DNA of 64,000 bases from a virus, in the IMG/VR virus record IMGVR_UViG_3300025030_000071, positions 1-64,000 of that record; one strand, 5' to 3'. Within the stretch, counting starts at the first letter, position 1. Every line of letters starts with the position of its first letter. The translations under genes were made by a program, and so were the position numbers. The notes beneath the pieces were generated by a model, which saw only the letters and a list, made by a program, of their open reading frames with translations, did not search any database and was not told the DNA's origin. Shown piece after piece: positions 28,817 to 38,669 of this stretch.

Positions 28817-29062
28817 ATGCCAAAGATAAATATTGGGGATGAACTAGTAACAGTAACAGCAGCAATCAGTGCTGCTACAGAATTGATTGTTATTAATGAT
28901 GGACGAGTGTTGATGCGGCGGATTGTAAATGGCATAACTGAAGATATTGAACTGGATTTAAAGCCCCTTGAAGCAACCGGGAAGGTAGTGGCTAGGGGTC
29001 CTGCCATTGAAGGCATCCCACTTAGCCAACAAAAAACAAAACCAGAACAGGCAAAAGTATGA
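28817..29062 (+). CDS. Hypothetical protein
   Basis: Short ORF with ATGA overlap to the next gene. Confidence 0.5.
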   Translation: MPKINIGDELVTVTAAISAATELIVINDGRVLMRRIVNGITEDIELDLKPLEATGKVVARGPAIEGIPLSQQKTKPEQAKV

Positions 29063-29319
29063 AAGTAATTCGGTCGTTAGAAGGCCAAGACAAAGAGCTT
29101 CTTCTTAATCTTATAGAACAAAAAGAGCATTTAGCCCTTTCATATGTTGACATATTACTTGAACTTCAGGAAAGACAAAAAGTTCTTGCTGGACAAATGC
29201 AGCAACTTAGTAATAAAATTTTATCTCTAGTTAAATCTCTAGAAGCCAAAACAAATGTTAGTTTGTCAGATGGCTGGACCCTTAATACAGAAGAGGGTTA
29301 TTTCTGGAGAGAAGAGTAA
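29059..29319 (+). CDS. Small coiled-coil protein (possible fibre chaperone)
   Basis: Heptads followed by WTLNTEEGYF. Resembles the next gene. Confidence 0.5.
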   Translation: MKVIRSLEGQDKELLLNLIEQKEHLALSYVDILLELQERQKVLAGQMQQLSNKILSLVKSLEAKTNVSLSDGWTLNTEEGYFWREE

Positions 29320-29342
29320 AACAACAATCTGAGAGGAACAAC

Positions 29343-29744
29343 ATGTCCAAAGAACTAAAGATTCCAGATGAAGAACTAAAATTAATTGTTAGTATGAATG
29401 ACCAGTACTTGCATCTTTTAAAGCATCATTCCCAGACTCGCCGTTCATTCTTGCAGACTGAACATGCAATTCTTGAGAAACTTGGTGAACTCGAAGTCAA
29501 TTTTAAGAAGTTTGCCAATGTGGTTGCTTCTGAACTAGGGATCCTTGAAGATGATCTAGCCAATTGGAGTATGGATATTGGAGCAGGTTGCTACCAATTT
29601 CTAGGTGAAGAAGAAGCTCTAGAGGAAATTGCAGAAGAGACTCCAGCCGTTGAGACTGTCAAAACGCCAGAACCGACCTCTACTCCTTCCGAAGTTGCCA
29701 CTAAGCGCATCAAAGAGCTTCTAAAGAAAGCCAACAAGAAATAA
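29343..29744 (+). CDS. Small coiled-coil protein (possible fibre chaperone)
   Basis: Heptads followed by WSMDIGAGCY. SD GAGAGGA. Confidence 0.5.
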   Translation: MSKELKIPDEELKLIVSMNDQYLHLLKHHSQTRRSFLQTEHAILEKLGELEVNFKKFANVVASELGILEDDLANWSMDIGAGCYQFLGEEEALEEIAEETPAVETVKTPEPTSTPSEVATKRIKELLKKANKK

Positions 29745-30749
29745 ATGGATATCCTCTCAACCACTCCCGTTAATGGCGCCGAAGGCATAGCTCTTGGAGC
29801 AACTATAGAGATTGAATTTGATGAAGAGATTGACCCTTCAACCATAATCGATCAAGGCAATCTTGTAATTTCAAGTAGCGCTTCTAAACTTTTTGCTCAG
29901 GGTCCTAGCCTAGAAAACCTCACTAATTCAGGTGAAGATTATTTAAGTTCTAAGTCCTATACCGGAGTGGTTGGGGGAACTTTCACAACTGAAGATAACA
30001 TAACTTTTGTTTTTACACCAAACTCGCCATTGGAACCTAATAAGACTTATTCCGTTTTAGTTGGCACAGGTGTTCTCAGTAAGACCATTGATGCCCCAGT
30101 AGCTGAAGTAGACAATACCTCTACTGGCTCTTTTACTCTTTCTGGCCCATTCACTGGCGACGAAGATGACTCAATCGATATTGAGATAGTAACAGCAGGG
30201 ACATTAGGAACAGCCATCTTTAAATATAGATATGGTTCAGTTGGCTCCTGGTCTGCTAATACCGTTACAGATAGAAACATAGTTCTTCTTGAGGGGGTAT
30301 CAATCCATTTCTTAAGTGGTAACTTCGTTGAGGCTGATACTTGGACCGTAGCATTAACCGAAGGGATTCCTTTAGATAGTATCTACAAATTTTCTTTTGT
30401 AACTGGCCCCGAAACATATACTGAGGTTTCAGTAGAACCACAATCCTTTGATATTAAGGAAAGTGAAGTCGGTGGCCTAAAAAGAATAGACGGAGTTGCT
30501 TCGGTCGATAGCGCCGATTTTGCTGTTGTGTCTATGACCCCAGAAAACAGAGACTCAAATTTGCCGTTATCTTTATCTGGCGTGGTTATTACCTTTAACA
30601 AGAACATAGACACAGATTCTTTAACTGAAGCAACCATAAAAGCTATTATGGAAAATCTCCCAATGGATGAGTCCTTACAGCAGTCAGTGAATCTGCCAAT
30701 CACGGTCACAGTTAGTAATAATATTCTGACAATAAAATTTACAGGATAA
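29745..30749 (+). CDS. Ig-like (Big_5-type) domain virion protein
   Basis: STTPVNGA..IEIEFDEEIDPST..FTPNSPLEPNKTYSV, with a second copy SMTPEN..VITFNKNID. Confidence 0.75.
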   Translation: MDILSTTPVNGAEGIALGATIEIEFDEEIDPSTIIDQGNLVISSSASKLFAQGPSLENLTNSGEDYLSSKSYTGVVGGTFTTEDNITFVFTPNSPLEPNKTYSVLVGTGVLSKTIDAPVAEVDNTSTGSFTLSGPFTGDEDDSIDIEIVTAGTLGTAIFKYRYGSVGSWSANTVTDRNIVLLEGVSIHFLSGNFVEADTWTVALTEGIPLDSIYKFSFVTGPETYTEVSVEPQSFDIKESEVGGLKRIDGVASVDSADFAVVSMTPENRDSNLPLSLSGVVITFNKNIDTDSLTEATIKAIMENLPMDESLQQSVNLPITVTVSNNILTIKFTG

Positions 30750-30754
30750 CAATC

Positions 30755-31285
30755 ATGGCATTAGCAACAGTTTACTTCCAAGAATTCAACGGTGAAGCAG
30801 GAGTTGAAGTCCCCACATCCAAACAAGCCAGCCCATTACAATTCACAGCAATTGACAGCCCAGATGTAGAAGAAGTTGAAACAGCAGCCCATGCTCTTGT
30901 TTCCCCAAATGCTGGAGTATTTCGTTCATATGAGAAATGGTTGAGAGTTTGCGTAGAGAGTTTAGGCGACTCCACAAGCATTTCAAATCTAGAAGTTTTT
31001 GTTAATGGCGATACGCCTAATGACGGCATCTCGGTTTGGGTTAAAACCGCTGAGGTATACGCAACACCGAAGGTGGGAGGCTATGCTTCGGCTGGAGCCA
31101 TGACGGCGCCCAAAACAAACCTCTTTGCAACGAGTTCAGATGACCCAATCTCTTTAGGTGCTGGACCTTTTGAAGCAGCAGAAGATGTCGGTCTTTACTT
31201 AGTTGTTCAGATGGAAGTATTACCTTCAGCAGGAATTGGACTTACTTCAAGTTATAGCCTAGTGCTTCGTTATGATGAAGAATGA
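30755..31285 (+). CDS. Probable virion structural protein
   Basis: Acidic beta-rich ORF in the neck region. Confidence 0.55.
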   Translation: MALATVYFQEFNGEAGVEVPTSKQASPLQFTAIDSPDVEEVETAAHALVSPNAGVFRSYEKWLRVCVESLGDSTSISNLEVFVNGDTPNDGISVWVKTAEVYATPKVGGYASAGAMTAPKTNLFATSSDDPISLGAGPFEAAEDVGLYLVVQMEVLPSAGIGLTSSYSLVLRYDEE

Positions 31286-31662
31286 GGCTAGAGTGGCATT
31301 TAACCTTTGGTGAATCAGAAATCTTTTCAGTAACAATCGGTGAGAACTATCCTGATTTCCACTATGTTTCTTCAAGACTCCCCTTACAGGCTGCCACATT
31401 AATCGATCTAGATATCTTTCATCTTTCGGCAGAAACTGATGATGGTATTCTTTATACCACTTTATTCCCAGAACTAACTGCTCTCCATAAAGTAATTAGA
31501 AGAATAGAACAAGATTTTTCTTCAGGCATCACCCACATAATACCTATAGTAGTTTATAGATTAGGCAAGAAAAAGAAACTCAATTATTGTTTTGGGTATC
31601 CAGACGAACCAACAAAAACACTAGATCGTAGATTCTTTAGGAGCGAATATGGCGACGATTAG
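31282..31662 (+). CDS. Hypothetical protein
   Basis: ATGA overlap with the previous gene. Confidence 0.5.
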   Translation: MRLEWHLTFGESEIFSVTIGENYPDFHYVSSRLPLQAATLIDLDIFHLSAETDDGILYTTLFPELTALHKVIRRIEQDFSSGITHIIPIVVYRLGKKKKLNYCFGYPDEPTKTLDRRFFRSEYGDD

Positions 31663-32341
31663 TCTTTCACTGGGGGCAATATTAACCCCTTCTCGGCCTG
31701 TTGCTAATCGTATTATTCATATATCCGTCGAAGGTCTTCTTGCCACAGACGGGAGCTCTTTAACTGGCTCAATTGAATTCTACTATACCACCAGATTTAC
31801 TCCATTATATTCAAGCGCAATGCGTGTTAGGCTCCTAGCCGGTGAATTCCTATCTGAAGTACCTGACGATACCATTAACCAAATCATCCATTACTTCTCT
31901 GAACAAGCTGGTTTGATGAACTATGTACCAGAGAACTCGGCTTTAAATCCCACTACTTATGCTAATTACAGAGCTAGATGGGCTACCGCTGCGACAATAA
32001 TAACCCTCCTCTCTGGCACTTCTATAAATGCTTCTATGGCCAAACGCCTAGGAGACTTTTCAGTAAGAAGAGACAAAGCAGCAGAAGAGCTTTTTAGAAT
32101 GGTGACCAAAGAGTTAATGGAATTAACTCAGATACTTGAAGATGGTGGTAACTATGGCCGTGACATGCTGACAGTAACAAGGGGCTCAGATTCTCCTGAC
32201 TTCCCTACCTTTGGCCGTGGTCTATCCCCTCAAGACACCTACGATGTCCCCTCCGTCCCTGGAGCAAATAGCAGAGGTCAATTCTCAAGAACTTCAGATG
32301 GCGTAATGCAAAGACGTGTTCGAAGAGTTTGGAGTAGGTAA
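31649..32341 (+). CDS. Head-tail adaptor/neck protein (putative)
   Basis: PLYSS..VR..G..PDDTI..KRLGDFSV helical adaptor pattern. Upstream of the sheath. Confidence 0.55.
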   Translation: MATISLSLGAILTPSRPVANRIIHISVEGLLATDGSSLTGSIEFYYTTRFTPLYSSAMRVRLLAGEFLSEVPDDTINQIIHYFSEQAGLMNYVPENSALNPTTYANYRARWATAATIITLLSGTSINASMAKRLGDFSVRRDKAAEELFRMVTKELMELTQILEDGGNYGRDMLTVTRGSDSPDFPTFGRGLSPQDTYDVPSVPGANSRGQFSRTSDGVMQRRVRRVWSR

Positions 32342-32890
32342 ATGAAGTCTTTCAAAACATCTACTTCTCCTCGTGCCAAAGAAATAGATCTTCGTAGTGA
32401 ATTAAACAAATTCTTCTTTGGAGCTTCAGATGAAGTTGCTAAAGGTTGTTTCTTTATCCTAAGAAGAATGAGAAGACAAGAAGGCGTTATTTACCCAACA
32501 ACTAGCAGTGAACTACAAACCTGTATTTGTAAAAGTTCTAATCATTCAGGCGAAGTTGATAAGGATTATCCCTGCCAAAGCTGTGAAGGTGAAGGCTACC
32601 TCTTTGATGACGAAATAGTTGTAGGCTATAAGACTTCAAGATTCGAATACCAAGCAGTTGAGAAATATACTACTTGGGGAAAAAATATAGTTGAACTTTC
32701 GTTCTTCTATATTGAACATCATGAAGCAATTTCAAGATATGATAAACTTATAGAACCACTTACCAACAGTGAAGGAGAAATAATTTCTCCAGTTAAGATA
32801 CTACATAAGCATAATATCCATATGGCTGAAAGGTTCCGTGATGATTGCGGTCGCCTTTCATACTTTAGAATTTCATGCTTCACTGATTGA
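32342..32890 (+). CDS. Head-closure/neck protein (putative, Zn-binding)
   Basis: CxC...CQSCEGEG motif. Neck position. Confidence 0.5.
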   Translation: MKSFKTSTSPRAKEIDLRSELNKFFFGASDEVAKGCFFILRRMRRQEGVIYPTTSSELQTCICKSSNHSGEVDKDYPCQSCEGEGYLFDDEIVVGYKTSRFEYQAVEKYTTWGKNIVELSFFYIEHHEAISRYDKLIEPLTNSEGEIISPVKILHKHNIHMAERFRDDCGRLSYFRISCFTD

Positions 32891-32937
32891 ACCAACACAT
32901 AAACAGGCATAACCCCTATGGTTATTGGTAGGTAGAG

Positions 32938-33624
32938 ATGGCTGATACTGAACTAATTGAAATTTGGGTCAATGATTACTTAGAAGAACTTGCAAATCAT
33001 GCAATTGTAGAAGCAGGTAACCCCAAATCAAGATCCCCAAGACCAGCCATTGATATAAATCAGTTCTATGAAATTGTTGGACAGGCTATTACGACTCAGC
33101 AAAGGCTAGAAGGAGTAGAAAAGAATTTAATCTATTCCTCAGCTACTCCAGAGAATGATGATAACATCGCTGAAGAAAGAATAGTTTATAGTTTGGTAGA
33201 AAGAAAGCCTGGTTTGTTTGAACAAAAATCTACAGGTTCAGTTGGAGATGACTCTGGTCGTCGCCAAAGAATGAAGATGTTCAGAGAAGGGATCAGAGAC
33301 CCCGACAACCCAGGAATGGCCATTTACACATATGGCCAGTGGTTTGACAACATAGTAGAATTTAAGATTTTTGCGAGAACCAATGATGTTGCTGATAGCA
33401 GGGCTCTTTGGTTCGAAGATATGATGGATTTGTGGCACTGGTATTTTAGAGCCAGTGGAATAAGTCAGTTTAAATACTTAGGTAGGCTATCTGACGAATT
33501 CTTGTCTCCAGACAATCGTAAAGTAGTTTGTAGACCTTTAAGATATTACGTGCGTACCGAAAAGGTAACAGTAGTTAGAGAAAATATGTTACGGAGCCTT
33601 GTCGTACAAAGCTCGGTGCAGTAA
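32938..33624 (+). CDS. Tail completion/terminator protein (putative)
   Basis: Immediately upstream of the sheath gene; call is positional. Confidence 0.5.
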   Translation: MADTELIEIWVNDYLEELANHAIVEAGNPKSRSPRPAIDINQFYEIVGQAITTQQRLEGVEKNLIYSSATPENDDNIAEERIVYSLVERKPGLFEQKSTGSVGDDSGRRQRMKMFREGIRDPDNPGMAIYTYGQWFDNIVEFKIFARTNDVADSRALWFEDMMDLWHWYFRASGISQFKYLGRLSDEFLSPDNRKVVCRPLRYYVRTEKVTVVRENMLRSLVVQSSVQ

Positions 33625-33636
33625 GGAGCACAACTA

Positions 33637-36474
33637 ATGGCAGATAAGTACCCAAACGTACCAGGAATAGTTGTCGAGCAAGTCGAAAGTCGACTTGCTA
33701 GAGAACAAGCTGCCCTTGGACCTACCCCTGTAGTACTAGGCACTGCCGGTAAGGGGCCTGCTGGAGAAGAGATTCGCGTCTTCTCAGGGCCAGCCGCAGT
33801 TAGTAAGTACGGCGTAAGTGGTTCACTAGGTCGAGGACTTGCAGAAGCATTCCAAGGTGGAGCCGATAACGCTTTCGGTTTCCGTATTCTTGCAACCAAA
33901 GGCCACCTCTCCCACGTCGGAGATGTCCTAGGCGCTGATGGCATGACCATCGAACCAGTAGTCGCTGGTTCAGACGCCCTAGAAAAATATGAAATTCTAT
34001 ACGGCCAGGACAACGATGAGCTCAAGGTTTACGAAGTTTCCACTGGTGATCTTGTTTATCACAAGACTGGTGCTACAGTAAGTGTAGATCAGGGCCACTT
34101 AAATGTAAGCGGCTCAATGGCTTCAGGCAACGATGCCGATTTTAAAGCCGGTTCCATTGGCCTCCAGGTTGCTGTCGCTACTGACGAAACCCTACAGACC
34201 TTCAATGAAGTTGCAGATGCAACTCCAGCAGTTATAACCATTGTTGCGGCTGCGGGTCTCAACCTAAACATCCTTCAGTTTAGTTCAACTACTAATCCAT
34301 ATGTAGCCCAACTTCTTGATAGCGCAGATGCAGTTGTCCAGGAAGTAGAAATCGCCAGCGTTAGTGCCGCTGGCCCAACCGTGACCTTAACCGCAGCAAG
34401 TGCCGATCTTAATGCAGCTTTCACTGCCAACGGTAGTACTGGCCATAAAATTCGTTTTGTTTCTACTCTAAACCCAATTCGTATGGACAGAGTAGTAACT
34501 AACCGAGTTGGTGTTGGCGGCAGCACAGAGCTCCGAATGCTTCCAGGCTCAGACTTCAATGGTCTAGCTAAGCTAGTCAACGACGAAGGTGCCGAATTCG
34601 ATTCTGCGGAGGCGGAAGTTGAACCAGCCAAGATGAACCTTTATGAGGCCCTTTGTGACGCAGGTCTAGCCCTAGAAGCTACAGACTTTGATCATCTAGT
34701 CCTCATGGATGCTTATGCTGACGATCCTGCTCTTGATGGCCAGGACCTTCCTGGTGGCGAAACCATTCTGCCAGGTGCCCTGTTTGGACAGACAAGTACC
34801 GCGACAATTGCAAAGAAAAAGGACCAGTTAAACCTTCTATTTACTAATAACTCCGACCAGGCAGCGGCCAGAGTTAAATTGGATCTTGCTGGTCGCGGCG
34901 GTTGCTGGTTAACAGTAACCGAACCCAAGAATGATGACTTTGGTGCAGAAATCACAGCAGATGAATTAGTTCGTTCTGCTCGTATCTTGAACTGGGAAGA
35001 AGCAGGAGAAGTTTCAACAGTTGAATGTGTGGCAGACGTGGCCGGTTCATTAAATAATAAATACTGGACTTTTGATGATGGCGATGGTTTATACTATGTC
35101 TGGTATAACATTAACGCAGAGGGCATAGACCCTGTAGGTGCTGGAACTGGAATCGAAGTTGCTGGAGCCACTGGCGCGACTGCTGTCACTTTAGCGGCAG
35201 CGACTGCCGACGCCATCACCGCAAGTGCTGCACTTGTTACTGCTTCAGATCTGTTGGCTGTAGTGACGTTAACAAATACGAATACTGGACTTGCAGTTGA
35301 TGCTGCTGACTCAGCAGCTGCTACAGACTTCACAATCGAAGTTGGGGTACAAGGCACGAACCTGCTCATGCATCTTGATCGAGACCTTAGTTTCTCACTG
35401 GATGTCAATGACCTCGTCGAAGCTGGGTTGGACCCCACAGTCGTAGTCCGTGAAACAGACCTTCTCTTCTTCCATCGTGAAAAGGAAGTGTCTGGCGAAC
35501 TACTTCACATGTGGTACACTGCCAAAATCGACCCAGATGGATACAGCTACAATGAAGTTAACTTTGCTTGGAAACTAGCTAAGACCTGCAAAGATATTAG
35601 CGAAAATGAAAAGTCAGTTATTGGTAGCATTGGGGTTCGTCCTCCATCAAACCACTTCAACCCTGCTTCTTTGTCAACTTGGATCGGTAAGTCACCTTCT
35701 TATGATTCAGATGGCGAAGTATCTGTTAACGGCTCTGGCCTCTTAGGCTGGAAGTTTGTTTCCGGCCGGGCGCTTGACGATGTGGTCGCCGATCAATTCT
35801 CAGCTGGTTTCTTACTAACTGACAATGAAGAACTTGATGGCACAGAGTCCGTACTAGATTCTAATGGTTACGAAGTTGATCTTGGTAAGTTCATTAGCAT
35901 CGTAGCAGCCTGGCCAATCATGAGCAATGTTTGGGATTCAGCTGGTGCTGGATACATCGCTTCAGGTGCTGCCCTCTATGCAGGTCTGCTCTGCGGTCTT
36001 GCTCCTTGGTCCGGTTCGACAGCAAAGCGCATCGGTGGTTCTAACATTAGACTACCAAGAAGCTTAGCTAAGCGCCACCAGGACTCATTAACCGGTGCTC
36101 GATTCGTAGTGATGAGTGAGAAAGATGGCGTGGTTACTGTAGTCGATGGTCCTTCCGCTGCTCTACCAGTTTCTGATTACACTCGCAACATGACGATGCG
36201 ACTTGTAGCAGAAGCAGTTGACCGTTCAAGAACAGTCGCTCGGCCCTTCCTAGGCGATCCACTGGATGCGCTAAAGAAGATTGGTCTAGAGACTCAGATT
36301 AAGAGAGCATTGTCGGAACTCCAGTCTCAGTCAGGTGGGGCACTTGAGTCCTTCTCAATGGGGCTTACCCAGACAAATCTTGATAAGGCCCGTGGTACTG
36401 CAAAACTTAGCTTAGCTCTCAAAGTGATCAATGAGCTACGTAAGATTTCAGTCTCTGTAGCCCTCACCCTCTAA
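33637..36474 (+). CDS. Contractile tail sheath protein
   Basis: N-terminal PGIVVE..VVLGTAGKGP..KYG..L. C-terminal sheath-like region (VTVVDG..TMRLV..RPFLG..ELRKISVSV). SD TAAGGAG. Confidence 0.88.
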   Translation: MADKYPNVPGIVVEQVESRLAREQAALGPTPVVLGTAGKGPAGEEIRVFSGPAAVSKYGVSGSLGRGLAEAFQGGADNAFGFRILATKGHLSHVGDVLGADGMTIEPVVAGSDALEKYEILYGQDNDELKVYEVSTGDLVYHKTGATVSVDQGHLNVSGSMASGNDADFKAGSIGLQVAVATDETLQTFNEVADATPAVITIVAAAGLNLNILQFSSTTNPYVAQLLDSADAVVQEVEIASVSAAGPTVTLTAASADLNAAFTANGSTGHKIRFVSTLNPIRMDRVVTNRVGVGGSTELRMLPGSDFNGLAKLVNDEGAEFDSAEAEVEPAKMNLYEALCDAGLALEATDFDHLVLMDAYADDPALDGQDLPGGETILPGALFGQTSTATIAKKKDQLNLLFTNNSDQAAARVKLDLAGRGGCWLTVTEPKNDDFGAEITADELVRSARILNWEEAGEVSTVECVADVAGSLNNKYWTFDDGDGLYYVWYNINAEGIDPVGAGTGIEVAGATGATAVTLAAATADAITASAALVTASDLLAVVTLTNTNTGLAVDAADSAAATDFTIEVGVQGTNLLMHLDRDLSFSLDVNDLVEAGLDPTVVVRETDLLFFHREKEVSGELLHMWYTAKIDPDGYSYNEVNFAWKLAKTCKDISENEKSVIGSIGVRPPSNHFNPASLSTWIGKSPSYDSDGEVSVNGSGLLGWKFVSGRALDDVVADQFSAGFLLTDNEELDGTESVLDSNGYEVDLGKFISIVAAWPIMSNVWDSAGAGYIASGAALYAGLLCGLAPWSGSTAKRIGGSNIRLPRSLAKRHQDSLTGARFVVMSEKDGVVTVVDGPSAALPVSDYTRNMTMRLVAEAVDRSRTVARPFLGDPLDALKKIGLETQIKRALSELQSQSGGALESFSMGLTQTNLDKARGTAKLSLALKVINELRKISVSVALTL

Positions 36475-36484
36475 GGAGTAGACA

Positions 36485-37123
36485 ATGGCAAATCTTAGTA
36501 GCGAATTCACACGATCATACAACAGCTTTTCTGGCTGTGACATTCGCGCAGTCTTCGGCAACCGTGTTATTGCTACGCTCCAGGGCATTTCTTGGAGCGC
36601 AACCAGAGAAAAAGGCCCCATTTATACAATGGGCAGCCCCGACCCTCGCGCATTTGCTAGAGGCAAGCGTGGCATCGCTGGTTCGCTGGTCTTTATCCAG
36701 TTCGACCGACATGCAATTCTAGAAGAGCTTCAGGGCATGCGTTTCTGGGCCGACAAGGACAGCCTCAAGCCAGACGGCATTGAGATTTCTGCACTTGATC
36801 AAGGCTCAGGCAACTCCCCAAGTGCAAACGTCTTTGAACAGGAGACATCGTTTGGCAACGTTACGGATCCTCGTGACGATCAGATAGCTGCTCTCCCCTG
36901 GTTCGCAGACCAGATCCCTCCATTCGATATTACTCTAGTTGCAGCCAACGAGTATGGTTCAGCCGCAGTAATGAGAATCTACGGTGTTGAAATTCTGAAT
37001 GAAGGTTCAGGCTCTTCAATCGACGACCTTGTAATGGAACATCAGATGACCTATGTGGCACGGACCATCGCTCCTTGGAAGAGTATGGGCTTCCGTGATC
37101 CAGGCAATGGTGGGTTCCTATAA
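36485..37123 (+). CDS. Tail tube protein
   Basis: Directly after the sheath, SD TAAGGAG. SFSGCDI..RGKRGIAGSL..DQIPPFDI. Confidence 0.75.
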   Translation: MANLSSEFTRSYNSFSGCDIRAVFGNRVIATLQGISWSATREKGPIYTMGSPDPRAFARGKRGIAGSLVFIQFDRHAILEELQGMRFWADKDSLKPDGIEISALDQGSGNSPSANVFEQETSFGNVTDPRDDQIAALPWFADQIPPFDITLVAANEYGSAAVMRIYGVEILNEGSGSSIDDLVMEHQMTYVARTIAPWKSMGFRDPGNGGFL

Positions 37124-37159
37124 ACCGGAACTAACTAAATAATTAATCCTGTAATTGTA

Positions 37160-37200
37160 ATAAGGCCAGTATCGACAAGGTACTGGCCTTATGTCGTTTA
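37160..37200 (+). terminator. Hairpin/terminator after the tube gene
   Basis: ATAAGGCCAGTA-tcgacaagg-TACTGGCCTTAT (12-bp stem). Weak U tract. Confidence 0.65.
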
Positions 37201-37212
37201 AAAGGATGCCCA

Positions 37213-37977
37213 ATGCCAAACCCATTCACTCAACTAGCTGAAAGTTATAAATTCGGCATCAAGGACCGCTCACGTGGTCCAAGAAAAGCTGATGCCCCTT
37301 ATGACGCCCCAGATTATGCTGGAGCTTTTAGTTCTTTCTCTGGTGCTGATATCAGGATTCTTTTAGCTATGCCTGCCGCCAGTGGTAACGAACCTATATT
37401 TGTCGAACTTGCCACAGTCCAGACATTGACTTATAGCATATTTAGAGAGAAAGTTGCTGTACGTTCGGTAGGAACAGTAGGGGAGCGCGGAAGAACTAGG
37501 GGCACTAGGACTTGCGCAGGTAGCATGGTCAATACAGTTTTCGACAGACATGTACTTTACAATGTGATGAGAAGATACCCAGGTGATCCCGCCAAAAACG
37601 CAATAAGCCCAGATAGTGGCTACATTGACTTAGAACATACCCTCCCCGACCAACTGCCCCCATTTGATATTGTAGTAAGCTTTGCTAACGAACATGGCCA
37701 TGCTTCTGAGATGGTTATCTTCGGAATAGATATAGTTTCAGAAGGTCAGGTAATGTCAATTGAAGATATGATTACAGAAAATACAATGCAATATACTGCA
37801 CAACATGTAGCTATTATGCGTCCTGGCGGTTACCGAAAAGCAGTATCAGCAGTCACTGACCAATATGGTAATGAAATCCCCAGCATACAGCCAACTACAT
37901 TTAAGAGTATTATTGGTGGCGCTCAGTCAGAACAATTGAAAGACTTAATCAATAAGTCTTTCAATCCCTTTAGGTAA
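37213..37977 (+). CDS. Tail tube paralog 2 (possible tube initiator)
   Basis: SFSGADI..RGTRTCAGSM..DQLPPFDI is shared with 36485-37123. Confidence 0.72.
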   Translation: MPNPFTQLAESYKFGIKDRSRGPRKADAPYDAPDYAGAFSSFSGADIRILLAMPAASGNEPIFVELATVQTLTYSIFREKVAVRSVGTVGERGRTRGTRTCAGSMVNTVFDRHVLYNVMRRYPGDPAKNAISPDSGYIDLEHTLPDQLPPFDIVVSFANEHGHASEMVIFGIDIVSEGQVMSIEDMITENTMQYTAQHVAIMRPGGYRKAVSAVTDQYGNEIPSIQPTTFKSIIGGAQSEQLKDLINKSFNPFR

Positions 37978-37982
37978 TCAGT

Positions 37983-38642
37983 ATGGCATGGGGAAACGGG
38001 TACGTACAGGCGGCAGCTTTGGCAAGCGAACAAAAGAGAACCATCTCTACCTACAAGACTTACTACTATTGCGGTGGACAAGCAGAAATCTATCTAAATG
38101 ATGTTCTTATTGATGAGCTTAATAGCCTAATGTTTAATACCATAACCAATAGATCACCTATCTATGGTTATGCTTCTCAACTCTTTGACACAGTAGTTAA
38201 AGGTAATCTTATTATTCATGGAACCCTAACTGTTAACTTTATTGAAGCAGGTTATCTAAACATTATAGCTCAGCATCTATGGGATAGAAGCGCTCCGCCT
38301 AATGACTTAGGCATCTCTCTGCGGGACTCCGATTTAGACACAAGCACAGAGTTCAGAGCAAGACAAACAATCAATCAGATCCATCAATTAGGCAATAAGG
38401 AATTCAAAAAATTAGCTACTGATTTGAATAAAAAACAAAATGGTTCGCATCAAGTAACAAGATTTGATAAAATACCTCCATTCGACATCTATGCTGTTTT
38501 TGGTAACCACCGAGATCCAGATGCTAACCACACAGTAAAACACATTAAGGGTGTTTACCTAACTGGTGAATCAATGGTGGTAGAAGCAAGTGGCCAACCA
38601 ATCATGGAACAGTATAGTTTTATTGCCCATGACATCGTTTAA
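37983..38642 (+). CDS. Tail tube paralog 3
   Basis: PIYGY..KGNLIIHGTL..DKIPPFDI..EQYSFIA. Confidence 0.65.
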   Translation: MAWGNGYVQAAALASEQKRTISTYKTYYYCGGQAEIYLNDVLIDELNSLMFNTITNRSPIYGYASQLFDTVVKGNLIIHGTLTVNFIEAGYLNIIAQHLWDRSAPPNDLGISLRDSDLDTSTEFRARQTINQIHQLGNKEFKKLATDLNKKQNGSHQVTRFDKIPPFDIYAVFGNHRDPDANHTVKHIKGVYLTGESMVVEASGQPIMEQYSFIAHDIV

Positions 38643-38669
38643 TTAATTCCTTGGAGAAATAGTTTATAT

